Assembly (NCBI GenBank): GCA_963803145.1
Contig: CAWDLW010000023.1
Coordinates: 128,001 to 192,000 of the forward strand
DNA: 64,000 nt
Source of the DNA: Methanotrichaceae archaeon
GTDB taxonomy: Archaea; Halobacteriota; Methanosarcinia; Methanotrichales; Methanotrichaceae
Direction of reading: 5' to 3'
Shown here: positions 51,119 to 60,728 of the stretch, piece by piece
Position numbering within the stretch: the first letter of the stretch is position 1
Layout of the letters: every line of letters begins with the position of its first letter
Notes under the pieces: generated by a model
Seen by the model: only the letters and a program-made list of their open reading frames with translations
The model's database searches: none
What the model was told of the DNA's origin: nothing
Translations under genes and position numbers: made by a program

Positions 51119-51352
51119 ATGGAAACGAAAGGCGAAAAAGAGAAAATAAATCTTTCTCTGGGTAAGGATGTGGTCAGAGCATTACGAAAGTACGCGCTTG
51201 AGACTACAGGACATTCTAGGGGTACATCAGATGTCGCCGAGCAGGCGATAGTTGAATTTCTGGAAAAACATGGCGTCATAATAGGCAGCGCGAAAAACAA
51301 GGAGAGCTTAAACCCTCTGGTGGCCCAAGCCCTTAACCCCGTTTTCGCCTAG
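51119..51352 (+). CDS. Ribbon-helix-helix (CopG-like) regulator
   Basis: KEKINLSL..DVVRALRKYA..SDVAEQAIVEFL. Confidence 0.75.
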   Translation: METKGEKEKINLSLGKDVVRALRKYALETTGHSRGTSDVAEQAIVEFLEKHGVIIGSAKNKESLNPLVAQALNPVFA

Positions 51353-51879
51353 ATTCGCGCCTTGTAGTCGAGAGCTACAAAGCATTAAATCCTTGTAGCT
51401 TAGGCTATTTAATTTCTTTTCTCGGATCAGTTGGGAGAAACTATGTTTCAAGGGCCTCATACTTGCTTTTTGGAGCTAATACTAGCGGTTTACTAGCGCG
51501 CTCAATCGCCGCGCGGGCTACCCCTAGCCCCTCTTCGGGGGAATGTTTCAGAAAACGATAGGTCATAAGGTCGAAGAGAATATATGGACGAATTCTTCTT
51601 GCGTTGATATGAGTATAATGATTCTTTCAAAGGTTAGTTTTCTAAATTGTGACCGAAGGATGAAAATGATCTCTAGCTATTGATAATCTAGTGCTTTCAT
51701 AGCAAGAGCACAAAGGACGCAAAAGTGCTCATGAGCTGGTTGTTAACTATGAAGATAAAAATAGTTCTAGGATATGTTCGATGGAAAATTTTGATATGAC
51801 ACAACAGGAGCTCACAATATAATCGATAAAGACAAATGCAAGTTAGCCCTCCTATAACAGGAACCGAAGTGAAGCTGAA

Positions 51880-54813
51880 ATGCAGGAGAAGATAATTTCT
51901 TCACTGACACCTATCTTAATGATGCGTGTTGTTGCGCATGCTCTCATCTTGTTAGCTTTGCTTATGGGTTTGCTGGCTTGGATAATCGGCATACGTAGTA
52001 TTGGAGACCTTCAGGAATTCATGAATGATCTCAGTGGCATCATGCTTTCCTTTATAACAATTATTATAGTGCTGCTTATCCTCTTTTTCTTATCAATATT
52101 TTTTATTAATATGTTTAAGGAAGAGGGCATAGTGATTCTGCCTTTTGAGACTAGTTCCGTTGGAGATAATAAATACAATGGTAAAGCAATCTCTGATCTG
52201 CTCACTGCTGAACTCCATAGGATTAAGCAAATTCGAAAATATAGATATGAGCAATTACATTCATCCGGACTAGAAAAGCCAACGTATCTCAATCCTGTTC
52301 CTCCAAGGTATATATTGCACAATGGAATGACTCTAAGTTCTTTTAAGCCGGTTCCTCAAACAGAAACGCTATATTATAGCACACCTCTGGATTTCCCCGA
52401 GCTAATTCCTCAAACGGAGGCTCTTAGTTACACACTAGACAAGATAAGCTCAATCGGTGTAGGTTCAAATGCTATCTCTATCGGTCAGCTACTTATAGCT
52501 TTCAAGAGAATGTGTCCGGGATGTAATCCAGGGCGAGTCATTACTGGTAGCATGCAGGCATACGGATCAGTAATCCGTTTAGTTGCCTGCTTAGAACATC
52601 GTGAAATTTATACTTGGGAAGTTAATCGTAAAATCAAAGAAGAGCAGGTATCCGACTTAGTCCGAGATTTAGCTTTCAAGATCGCTTATGATCTAGCAAA
52701 GGAAGAAAATCCACAAAATAATCAAGCTAATACATGGAAAGGATTCAAATATTATACCGAATCGCTACAAAGTTACTATCAATATACGCTTACAGGGAAG
52801 AAAAAGGCTCTAGAGAGCGCTAGAAAAAACTGCATCAACGCAGGAAACTTTGAGCCTGGCTACAAAGAGCCCCTTGAACTACTTGGTATATTAGGGTTCG
52901 CATATATTAACGAAAACAAATATGATATGGCCGAGCAGTTATTTTGTAACATAGCATCAGTCAAACCAGACATTAGCAATTTTGGCATGGGTATTCTATA
53001 TCGAAAACAGAAATATTATGATAAGGCTCTAGATCGATTTGAGAAAGTTATACAATTGTGTCCGCAAAATGTCCAGGCTTGGACTTATAAAGGCAGTATT
53101 CTAGGTAGTCTCGGCAGGCACAAAGAGTCACTCCAGGCTTCTAACAGGGCTATTGAATTGGATTCAGACAGCTCGAATTCAATAGCTTGGGCCAATAAAG
53201 GTAGTGCTCTGTTTAATCTTGGAAGGCATGAGGAAGCGTTACAGGCCTTTAATAAAGCCATCGAACTAGACCCAAATAATGCATTTGCTTGGGCTAATAA
53301 AGGTGCTGCCCTATCTAACCTTGGCAAGCATGAAGAATCACTACAAGTCTTTGATAAGGCTTTCGAACTTGGTTTCAATAGTGCAATTATATGGACCAAC
53401 AAAGGCAGTGCTATGTCTTATCTTGGAAGGCATGAAGAAGCATTACAGGCATTCGATAAGGCCATCAAGCTGGATTCCAAAGATGCAATTGCCTGGATTA
53501 ATAGAGGTAGTGCTCTGCTTAATTTGGGCAGATATGAAGAAGCACTACAAGCTTCTGAAAAGGCTACTGAGTTAGATCCAAATAATGCAATTGCCTGGGC
53601 AAATAGAGGTGGTGTTCTGTCTAATCTTGACAGGTATGAAGAAGCACTCCAAGCCTTTGATAAGGCAACGGAACTGGATTCCAAAGATGCAATTGCCTGG
53701 GCAAGCAAAGGTATTGCTCTGTCTAAGCTTGAGAGGCATGAAGAAGCATTGCAAGCGTTCGATAGAGCTACCGAACTGAATTCCAACGATATAATTGCGT
53801 GGATCAACAAAGGCAGTGCTTTGTTTAATTTGGGCAGGTATGAGGATGCGTTAAAAGCTTCCGAAAAGGCTACTGAGCTAGACCCGAATAATGCAATTGC
53901 CTGGGCCAACAAAAGCGGTTCTTTATATGAACTGGGTAGGTTTACAGAATCGCTACTAGCCGCTGAAAAGGCAATCGAACTGGATCCAAGCGATGCTGAA
54001 GCATGGATCGGCAAAAGCGGTGCTCTACTTAATCTGGATAGGAATGAAGAGGCATTGCAAGCTTCCGAAAAGGCCGCCAGCCTTGGTCCAAATGATATAA
54101 GGGTTTGGCGCAATAAAGGGAGTGCTCTGCTTAAATTAAGCAGATATGAAGATGCACTAAAGGCCTTTGATAGGGCTGTTGAGCTAAATATAAATGATGC
54201 CGAAGCATGGGTCAGCAAAAGTAGTGCTTTGGGAAACCTGAAGAGGTATGAAGAAGCATTTCAGGCTTCTGAAAAGGCCATTATGCTGGATCCAAATAAT
54301 GCAAAGGCTTGGGGCAATAAAGGCAATGCGTTGTTTTACCTACGCAGATATGAAGAGTCCATATTGGCTTCTGAAAGGGCCATCGAACTTAATGCAAACG
54401 ATGCCAATGCATGGATCAACAAAGGCAATGCTCTGTTTAATCTTGAGAGGCGTGAAGAAGCATTACAAGCATTCGATAGGGCTACCGAACTGAATTCCAA
54501 CAATATGGTTGCGTGGATCAACAAAGGTAGTATTCTGCTTACCTTTGGTAGATATGAAGAAGCACTACAAGCTTCTGAAAAGGCCGCCGAACTAGATCCA
54601 AATAATGCAATTGCCTGGACCAATAAGGGTGATGCCTTGTATAATCTTGGCAGATATGAAGAAGCATTACAGGCCCTTGATAGAGCCACCGAATTGGACC
54701 CAAAAAATGCAAAGGCCTGGGAAAATAAAGGCTTTATTCTTAAATATCTTGGCCGTTATGTCGAAGCAAATGTAGCTTCCGCACAAGCCTGGGCATTGGG
54801 GTATATTAACTAG
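51880..54813 (+). CDS. Membrane-anchored protein with long TPR array
   Basis: Two N-terminal TM helices, VILPFE domain, about 17 near-identical TPR units (AWxNKGxALxxLGRxEEAL). Confidence 0.92.
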   Translation: MQEKIISSLTPILMMRVVAHALILLALLMGLLAWIIGIRSIGDLQEFMNDLSGIMLSFITIIIVLLILFFLSIFFINMFKEEGIVILPFETSSVGDNKYNGKAISDLLTAELHRIKQIRKYRYEQLHSSGLEKPTYLNPVPPRYILHNGMTLSSFKPVPQTETLYYSTPLDFPELIPQTEALSYTLDKISSIGVGSNAISIGQLLIAFKRMCPGCNPGRVITGSMQAYGSVIRLVACLEHREIYTWEVNRKIKEEQVSDLVRDLAFKIAYDLAKEENPQNNQANTWKGFKYYTESLQSYYQYTLTGKKKALESARKNCINAGNFEPGYKEPLELLGILGFAYINENKYDMAEQLFCNIASVKPDISNFGMGILYRKQKYYDKALDRFEKVIQLCPQNVQAWTYKGSILGSLGRHKESLQASNRAIELDSDSSNSIAWANKGSALFNLGRHEEALQAFNKAIELDPNNAFAWANKGAALSNLGKHEESLQVFDKAFELGFNSAIIWTNKGSAMSYLGRHEEALQAFDKAIKLDSKDAIAWINRGSALLNLGRYEEALQASEKATELDPNNAIAWANRGGVLSNLDRYEEALQAFDKATELDSKDAIAWASKGIALSKLERHEEALQAFDRATELNSNDIIAWINKGSALFNLGRYEDALKASEKATELDPNNAIAWANKSGSLYELGRFTESLLAAEKAIELDPSDAEAWIGKSGALLNLDRNEEALQASEKAASLGPNDIRVWRNKGSALLKLSRYEDALKAFDRAVELNINDAEAWVSKSSALGNLKRYEEAFQASEKAIMLDPNNAKAWGNKGNALFYLRRYEESILASERAIELNANDANAWINKGNALFNLERREEALQAFDRATELNSNNMVAWINKGSILLTFGRYEEALQASEKAAELDPNNAIAWTNKGDALYNLGRYEEALQALDRATELDPKNAKAWENKGFILKYLGRYVEANVASAQAWALGYIN

Positions 54814-54949
54814 CCGTATCATTTTCGAGCCTATCCACATAGCTCCCGAGAACGTTTTGTTGTGCAATCTGAATCAATCTCAAAGGCAGCTTACAAAATG
54901 GCAGATTAGAGAAGCATTTAATAGCCGATCAAACCCATTAAAGGGTGAT

Positions 54950-56176
54950 ATGATGCCTAACGAATGCCTTCAGCCGGATATGGACTATCTTTTGAATGTG
55001 CTAAAAGATCTCGTGGGTTTTCAAACAGTAGCCCCTCCTGGAAACCTCTACCCCGAGATCGTGGATTATCTAATACCGATCTTCAACGGCATGGGCTTCA
55101 AGACCCATAGGATAGAGATACCCGAGGATGTCTTCCAGGCCAAATGCTCAGACAGAATGCTTGTAGGAGAGAGAATTAACTTAATGGCAAATTTGGATGT
55201 AGGCGCTAAAGAGACCTTAGTAATCTACACCCATCTGGATGTTGTTCCAACCCATGGCGATTGGTCAACAAACCCATTTGAGCTCGTGAAAAAGAACGGC
55301 AGGGTTTACGGCCGAGGAGTTTCAGATTCTAAGGGAGCGGTAGCTGCACTTATTGCAGCACTTCAGGCTCTGCTGAAGGATCGGAAGCCAAAGTATAACC
55401 TGAGAATTCTATTGACTACAGATGAGGAGGTCGGAGGCTACTCAGGTTTGTGCTATTTCACAGACATTGGACTCGTAAAGGGAGACTACATGCTCTGCAT
55501 GGACGGCTTTTCCGATGATATCGTCATAGGAAGCAATGGCGTAATAAACTGGGAGATTGAGGTGTACGGAAAATCATCTCACAGCGGCTCAAGCTTCCTC
55601 GGCATAAACGCCGTAGAGAACTCCCTTCCGGTCATGGAGTCGCTCATGGCACTAAAGAAGGAAGTGCAGTCCAAACGATCGCTGCTGCCTGCGAGCTCAG
55701 CCCTGGCCTCTATGGGTATAAAAAACCTCATGCCCATTCTAAACATCACCGTCATCGAGGGAGGAATCAAGGAAAATATAGTCCCTGATATTTGCACTAT
55801 TCGAGGCGATAGAAGGGTGATACCTGAAGAGGAGATGAAAGATGCCATGGCAGAGATCGAGAGGGCAGTGAAGATCGAAGGCATTGATCTGAATTTGAGA
55901 TTCTTCCCAGGATATCCTCCCATGAGCGTAAACCCCGATCACCATTGGGTAACAGAAGTCCGGGAGGCAGTCCGGAGAGGGATGGGCTTTCTGCCTAATC
56001 TATCGGGAGCACAGGGAAGCCTGGATCAGGCATATGCTACTGATATGACAAATATTCCCACATGCGTCTACGGAGTCGGCCGGCAGCTGGAGAGCAATAT
56101 CCATGGCACTAATGAGAACGCGAGGTTTTCGGATCTTGAGGGCTTTGCTAGGTCTATATTAGAGCTGATTCAGTGA
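54950..56176 (+). CDS. M20 (ArgE/DapE family) metallopeptidase/deacylase
   Basis: HLDVVP, GRGVSDSKG, DEEVG, IHGTNE; GGTGA RBS. Confidence 0.9.
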   Translation: MMPNECLQPDMDYLLNVLKDLVGFQTVAPPGNLYPEIVDYLIPIFNGMGFKTHRIEIPEDVFQAKCSDRMLVGERINLMANLDVGAKETLVIYTHLDVVPTHGDWSTNPFELVKKNGRVYGRGVSDSKGAVAALIAALQALLKDRKPKYNLRILLTTDEEVGGYSGLCYFTDIGLVKGDYMLCMDGFSDDIVIGSNGVINWEIEVYGKSSHSGSSFLGINAVENSLPVMESLMALKKEVQSKRSLLPASSALASMGIKNLMPILNITVIEGGIKENIVPDICTIRGDRRVIPEEEMKDAMAEIERAVKIEGIDLNLRFFPGYPPMSVNPDHHWVTEVREAVRRGMGFLPNLSGAQGSLDQAYATDMTNIPTCVYGVGRQLESNIHGTNENARFSDLEGFARSILELIQ

Positions 56177-56625
56177 AGGTGATAGCGGTTGTCGGAACAA
56201 AAAAGACTGGAAAGACAACGCTCGTAAGCGCTCTAATAAAATCGCTCGTCAAATACGGCAAGGTGGGCACAATAAAAAACATGGCAGGCCACCCGGTTGA
56301 TCATGGCGACACAAAACGCCATTTTGATGCCGGGGCTGAAGAGGTCATCGGCCTTGGGGAGAACCAGCTGAAAGTTACAAGGGGGGGATGCCTTGAATCT
56401 GCCCTGGCTGAGCTTCAGAAGGACGGAATGGATTTTGTCATAGTTGAAGGATTCAAGAGCAGCAGCCTTCCCAAAATTGTACTCGGAGATATCGATGTGT
56501 CCAACATGCTCCAGAGGGTAGCTCTATCAGATTTGAATGATGCCCTGATCGATAATCTGACAGAGATTATCCTTGTTCTGAATGATTACGAGATCGAACC
56601 GGACTGCCTTGAAACTACCTATTGA
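56173..56625 (+). CDS. mobB: Molybdopterin-guanine dinucleotide biosynthesis protein B
   Basis: VVGTKKTGKTT, DT.RH..AGA, VEGFK. Confidence 0.88.
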   Translation: MKVIAVVGTKKTGKTTLVSALIKSLVKYGKVGTIKNMAGHPVDHGDTKRHFDAGAEEVIGLGENQLKVTRGGCLESALAELQKDGMDFVIVEGFKSSSLPKIVLGDIDVSNMLQRVALSDLNDALIDNLTEIILVLNDYEIEPDCLETTY

Positions 56626-56836
56626 TTCTATCCTTTCGACTTTTGCCGAAGATATACGCGCCAAGATAATCATGGCTAGCTTATCAATGTGAAGTAGAAA
56701 CGGATTGAATGCAATTATAATGTGAATCTAAATGCCATTCTTCTCAGATTCATGCTCTTTTTTAGGACTTATTGATAATTTTGGCTATTTATCGACAGAT
56801 TTTTAAATAACGGTGTAGTCCTGTACGCCCGGAGAT

Positions 56837-57481
56837 GTGGGATTGAGTCGGGGGACTCTAATTGTGTTCATGCTAGCCATAGCGCTAGCTAATTCAGCTT
56901 TGGCTGCAGACCATGTCATCGATAGGACGGTGATAAAAGGCGTAGGGTACCTAAGCCATGAGCTCTTCGGCCAGACAGCCATAGGCGGAGGCCAGAGTAT
57001 TGCTGAGCGCATATCGGGCTCAGGGAGCTTTTACGATAAGACCGACTTCGAGATGGATGCAGTAGCGAACACAATAAACTACTCTCAGGATGCCGAGTTT
57101 GAGTATTTCCCGACAAGCTATCAGACAGGCACTTATGATCAGAAATGGACGGACAAACTCACTGTGATCAACCGTGATGCAGGAGCTGCAGTCACTGAGG
57201 ATTATACAAATGCCGAGCATATTGAGAAGAGCACCGATGTCATGACCAGCGGAAACGTTACGAACAACGCTTTGGAGATGCGCATCAACTCAAATGTGAT
57301 AGGCGTGGCACATATCGGCGGGGTCTCGAAGGATACTAAGCAGAGCGAAAAAGGCAGATATGTGGAGATCGGCAAGAGTTCAGAGGATCTTACGGGAACG
57401 TTCTCCGTAGAGAAGTATATCGAGCTGCTGCAGAACTCAACGGATTCTGAGGCACAGGTGGATATGCTGCCCTGTGCATGA
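56837..57481 (+). CDS. Secreted hypothetical protein (paralog of 10803..11786)
   Basis: Signal peptide, GVGY, SGSG, GTFSVEK...MLPC. Confidence 0.8.
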   Translation: MGLSRGTLIVFMLAIALANSALAADHVIDRTVIKGVGYLSHELFGQTAIGGGQSIAERISGSGSFYDKTDFEMDAVANTINYSQDAEFEYFPTSYQTGTYDQKWTDKLTVINRDAGAAVTEDYTNAEHIEKSTDVMTSGNVTNNALEMRINSNVIGVAHIGGVSKDTKQSEKGRYVEIGKSSEDLTGTFSVEKYIELLQNSTDSEAQVDMLPCA

Positions 57482-57688
57482 GTTAAAATATACTTGATCT
57501 AATACTGCCGAATAACCGCAACTGTAGGATTACTTATAGATAGTAGGACGCAATTATCAGTCGTATTTAGAGCCGGGGCAGAAAATGTCCTACCCCCAAG
57601 AATAAACTTTAGAGAAGAGTGAGACAAAAATTCAGCTTCGTTGCCTTAACCTCTTCTAGCTCATGGCTGCAATCCTTTATATAACAGA

Positions 57689-57704
57689 ATATATATATAT
57701 ATAT
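57689..57704. repeat. (AT)8 microsatellite in the kaiC promoter region
   Basis: Directly visible about 135 bp upstream of the kaiC ATG. Confidence 0.8.
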
Positions 57705-57837
57705 TCAAAAAAATGTAGAAAAAGTTTATTAGTACGAACTGCAATTTTCGTAATTATAAAAGACTGATACATATCGATTCGGGCGTTAATCGCCAAGAAA
57801 ACTCAAAGTATTTGCTGCATTAGCGGGAAGTACACCT

Positions 57838-59559
57838 ATGACAAATACGGACCTCCATACTGATAATGTTGTTCCTTATGTAAACCTGCTAGAAAAATCA
57901 CCCACCGGCATAAAGGGCCTGGATGAGATTACAGATGGCGGTCTTCCCAAAGGCCGTCCAACACTTGTTTGCGGGAGTGCAGGCTCGGGAAAGACGCTCC
58001 TTTCAATGCAGTTTCTTGCGCAAGGAGTATTGTTGTATGACGAGCCCGGAGTATTCGTCGCATTCGAGGAGACACCTGATGAACTTACAAAGAATTTCAG
58101 CTCACTGGGCTTCGATCTCAGGAAGCTTCAGGAGACGAATAAGATCCTCATCGATTACATCTACATCGATTCAAGCGAGATCGAGGAGACGGGCGATTAC
58201 GACCTCGAAGGGCTGTTCATCCGCTTAGGAAGCGCAATCGACTCTATCGGAGCAAAACGGGTGGTCTTAGATACAATCGAGGTCCTCTTTTCAGGATTCC
58301 GTAACACTGCTATTCTGCGCTCAGAGCTGCAAAGGCTTTTCCGGTGGCTGAAGAGCAAAGGAGTCACAGCTATTGTTACTGGCGAGAAGGGTGAGAAAAC
58401 TTTAACCAGGTATGGCCTTGAAGAGTATGTCGCAGATTGTGTTATAATCCTTGATAACCGTATGGATAACCAGATCGCCACCCGAAGGATGCGTATAATC
58501 AAGTATCGCGGCTCTTCGCATGGCACAAACGAATTTCCCTTCCTGATAGAAGATGACGGCATCTCTGTTTTGCCAATAACATCCATTGGCCTCGAACATA
58601 TCGCTACCACCGAGAGGATATCATCAGGCATTGAGAGGCTCGATACAATGCTTAGCGGCCAGGGATTCTTCCGGGGAAGCAGCATCCTTCTCACTGGAAC
58701 GGCAGGCACAGGCAAAAGCAGCTTTGCGGCCCATTTCGTCGATGCGGCGTGCCGCCGCGGCGAGCGCTGCATCTACTTCGCCTTCGAGGAATCGCCAAGC
58801 CAGATCTGCCGCAATATGAGTTCGATCGGCATCAATCTCACCCAATGGATGGATGCGGGTCTACTGCATATCTTCTCAGGACGGCCGATGGCACACGGCC
58901 TGGAGATGCACCTGCTGGATATGCGCAGGCTGATCGATGAAGTCCAGCCAAATGTTGTGGTCATCGATCCAACATCGAACCTGGTGAGCGTAGGGACCTC
59001 AAACGATGTGAGGTTCATGCTTACAAGGCTGATAGATTACCTCAAGATAATGGGTATAACATCTTTTTGCACCAGCCTGATAGAGGATGAGACAACTGGG
59101 CATACAGCCGAGAGCGTCTCATCCCTGATGGATACCTGGATATGGCTGCGTATGTTTGATAACGGAAATGAAAGAAACCGCGGAATCACGATAGTTAAAT
59201 CGAGAGGCATGGAGCACTCCAACCAGACACGCGAGTACCAAATTACTGATGAAGGCGTGAAGATACTGGACGTCTACCTCGGCCCGAAGGGAGGACTGGT
59301 TATGGGAACTGAGCGCATTGCTCAGGAGTCAAAGGAGAATGCAGATGCTATTATGAACGATCAGGAGACCCTGAAAAGAAGAAGAGCACTTGAGAACAAG
59401 CTCAACTCCCTGAAGGCTCAGATGGATATGCTCCGCCTGGAATGCGAGACCAGCGAGGATGAGCTAAGTAAGCTCCTATCGGAGGATGAGCTTCGAAGTA
59501 AGGCCATGGCGAACGGCAGAAGAGAGATAGCCAAGCTCAGAAGGGCCGATTCATTTTAA
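57838..59559 (+). CDS. kaiC: Double-domain KaiC with C-terminal coiled-coil extension
   Basis: GSAGSGKT/FEE (CI), GTAGTGKS/FEE (CII), KYRGS, phosphosite loop VSSLMDTW, KSRGM.HSN. Confidence 0.96.
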   Translation: MTNTDLHTDNVVPYVNLLEKSPTGIKGLDEITDGGLPKGRPTLVCGSAGSGKTLLSMQFLAQGVLLYDEPGVFVAFEETPDELTKNFSSLGFDLRKLQETNKILIDYIYIDSSEIEETGDYDLEGLFIRLGSAIDSIGAKRVVLDTIEVLFSGFRNTAILRSELQRLFRWLKSKGVTAIVTGEKGEKTLTRYGLEEYVADCVIILDNRMDNQIATRRMRIIKYRGSSHGTNEFPFLIEDDGISVLPITSIGLEHIATTERISSGIERLDTMLSGQGFFRGSSILLTGTAGTGKSSFAAHFVDAACRRGERCIYFAFEESPSQICRNMSSIGINLTQWMDAGLLHIFSGRPMAHGLEMHLLDMRRLIDEVQPNVVVIDPTSNLVSVGTSNDVRFMLTRLIDYLKIMGITSFCTSLIEDETTGHTAESVSSLMDTWIWLRMFDNGNERNRGITIVKSRGMEHSNQTREYQITDEGVKILDVYLGPKGGLVMGTERIAQESKENADAIMNDQETLKRRRALENKLNSLKAQMDMLRLECETSEDELSKLLSEDELRSKAMANGRREIAKLRRADSF

Positions 59560-59587
59560 AATTGAGTGGATATAATGGAACAATCAG

Positions 59588-59914
59588 ATGAAAGCGCTGA
59601 CAGTAGAAATGGAGCCTTCCGACTATCTGCAGGACGATGAGATCTATATCCTGCGGCTCTATGTGGCAGGCCAGACCAGGAAGAGCCTGGCAGCCTTCGC
59701 CAACCTCAAGAGGATATGTGAGGAGCATCTGAAGGGCAAGTACAGAATCGAGGTCGTCGATCTTCTGGAGCATCCTCAGCTCGCGAAGGGCGACCAGATT
59801 CTGGCTATTCCTACGCTTGTCCGGAGGCTTCCTCCGCCTGTCAGAAAGATCATAGGCGATCTCTCGAACACCGAGAGAGTGCTGATAGGTCTCGACTTGC
59901 GCCCTGCGAAATAA
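59588..59914 (+). CDS. kaiB: KaiB (copy 1, canonical)
   Basis: [36 protein letters not shown]. Confidence 0.96.
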   Translation: MKALTVEMEPSDYLQDDEIYILRLYVAGQTRKSLAAFANLKRICEEHLKGKYRIEVVDLLEHPQLAKGDQILAIPTLVRRLPPPVRKIIGDLSNTERVLIGLDLRPAK

Positions 59915-59936
59915 GGGTGGTTCAAGATGATATGCA

Positions 59937-60275
59937 ATGGTTGAATCAAATAGATCAATAGAAAAGGTTGAAAAAGCCCTGAAGAGCAAAGGCACCGATG
60001 TATTTGTTTTGCATCTCTACGTAGCGAATATGAATTTCAAGTCTGTTCAGGCCATCAAGAACATCAACGATATATGTGAGGAGAACATCCCTGGGCGGTA
60101 CCAGCTCGATATAATCGATATCTGCCAGCAGCCGATCCTCGCCAGAGAAAACCAGATCATAGCGGCACCAACCCTAATTAAAGAGACTCCTCTGCCTCTT
60201 AGAAGGCTTGTAGGAAATATGTCCGATACAGAGCGTGTGCTGACAGGTCTTGGCCTGCACTCCAAAACAAACTGA
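59937..60275 (+). CDS. kaiB: KaiB (copy 2, divergent)
   Basis: LHLYVANM, IIAAPTLIKETPLPLRRLVGNMS, VLTGLGL. Confidence 0.92.
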   Translation: MVESNRSIEKVEKALKSKGTDVFVLHLYVANMNFKSVQAIKNINDICEENIPGRYQLDIIDICQQPILARENQIIAAPTLIKETPLPLRRLVGNMSDTERVLTGLGLHSKTN

Positions 60276-60280
60276 ATACC

Positions 60281-60673
60281 GTGGTACGAATTGGTGATGC
60301 GATGGGGAATGACGATAATAGAGAGAACGGTGATTCGATAGAGACTGATGCTTATGAAAGCTTCGAGAAAGCTCTGGAGAGAATGGGCACTGAGAAGTAC
60401 GTCCTGCGTCTCTATGTTGCCGGTATGGGTCCAATGTCCATCCAGGCAATTGAGAATATCAAAAAGATCTGCGAGGAGAATATGCCTGGGCGATATCAGC
60501 TCGATATAATCGATATCTATCAGCAGCCTATCTTCGCCAGGGAAGGTCAGATTGTAGCAGCACCAACCCTCATCAAGGAGCTTCCGCCACCCATATCGAA
60601 GCTGGTTGGGAGCATGTCTGACAAAAAGCGTGTCCTCGTTGGCTTGGATCTGCATATCGGAAAACAAGAATGA
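60281..60673 (+). CDS. kaiB: KaiB (copy 3); start may be ATG 60302
   Basis: LRLYVAGM, IVAAPTLIKELPPPISKLVGSMS, VLVGLDL. Confidence 0.92.
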   Translation: MVRIGDAMGNDDNRENGDSIETDAYESFEKALERMGTEKYVLRLYVAGMGPMSIQAIENIKKICEENMPGRYQLDIIDIYQQPIFAREGQIVAAPTLIKELPPPISKLVGSMSDKKRVLVGLDLHIGKQE

Positions 60674-60728
60674 TTTATATCCAGGCAGGAGATAAAACTC
60701 AAGAAACCCGTTAAGATGAGGCAGCATT

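Noticed and set aside
53085-54689. Long antisense ORFs (e.g. 53418..54218)
   Set aside because: Shadows of the repetitive TPR gene.
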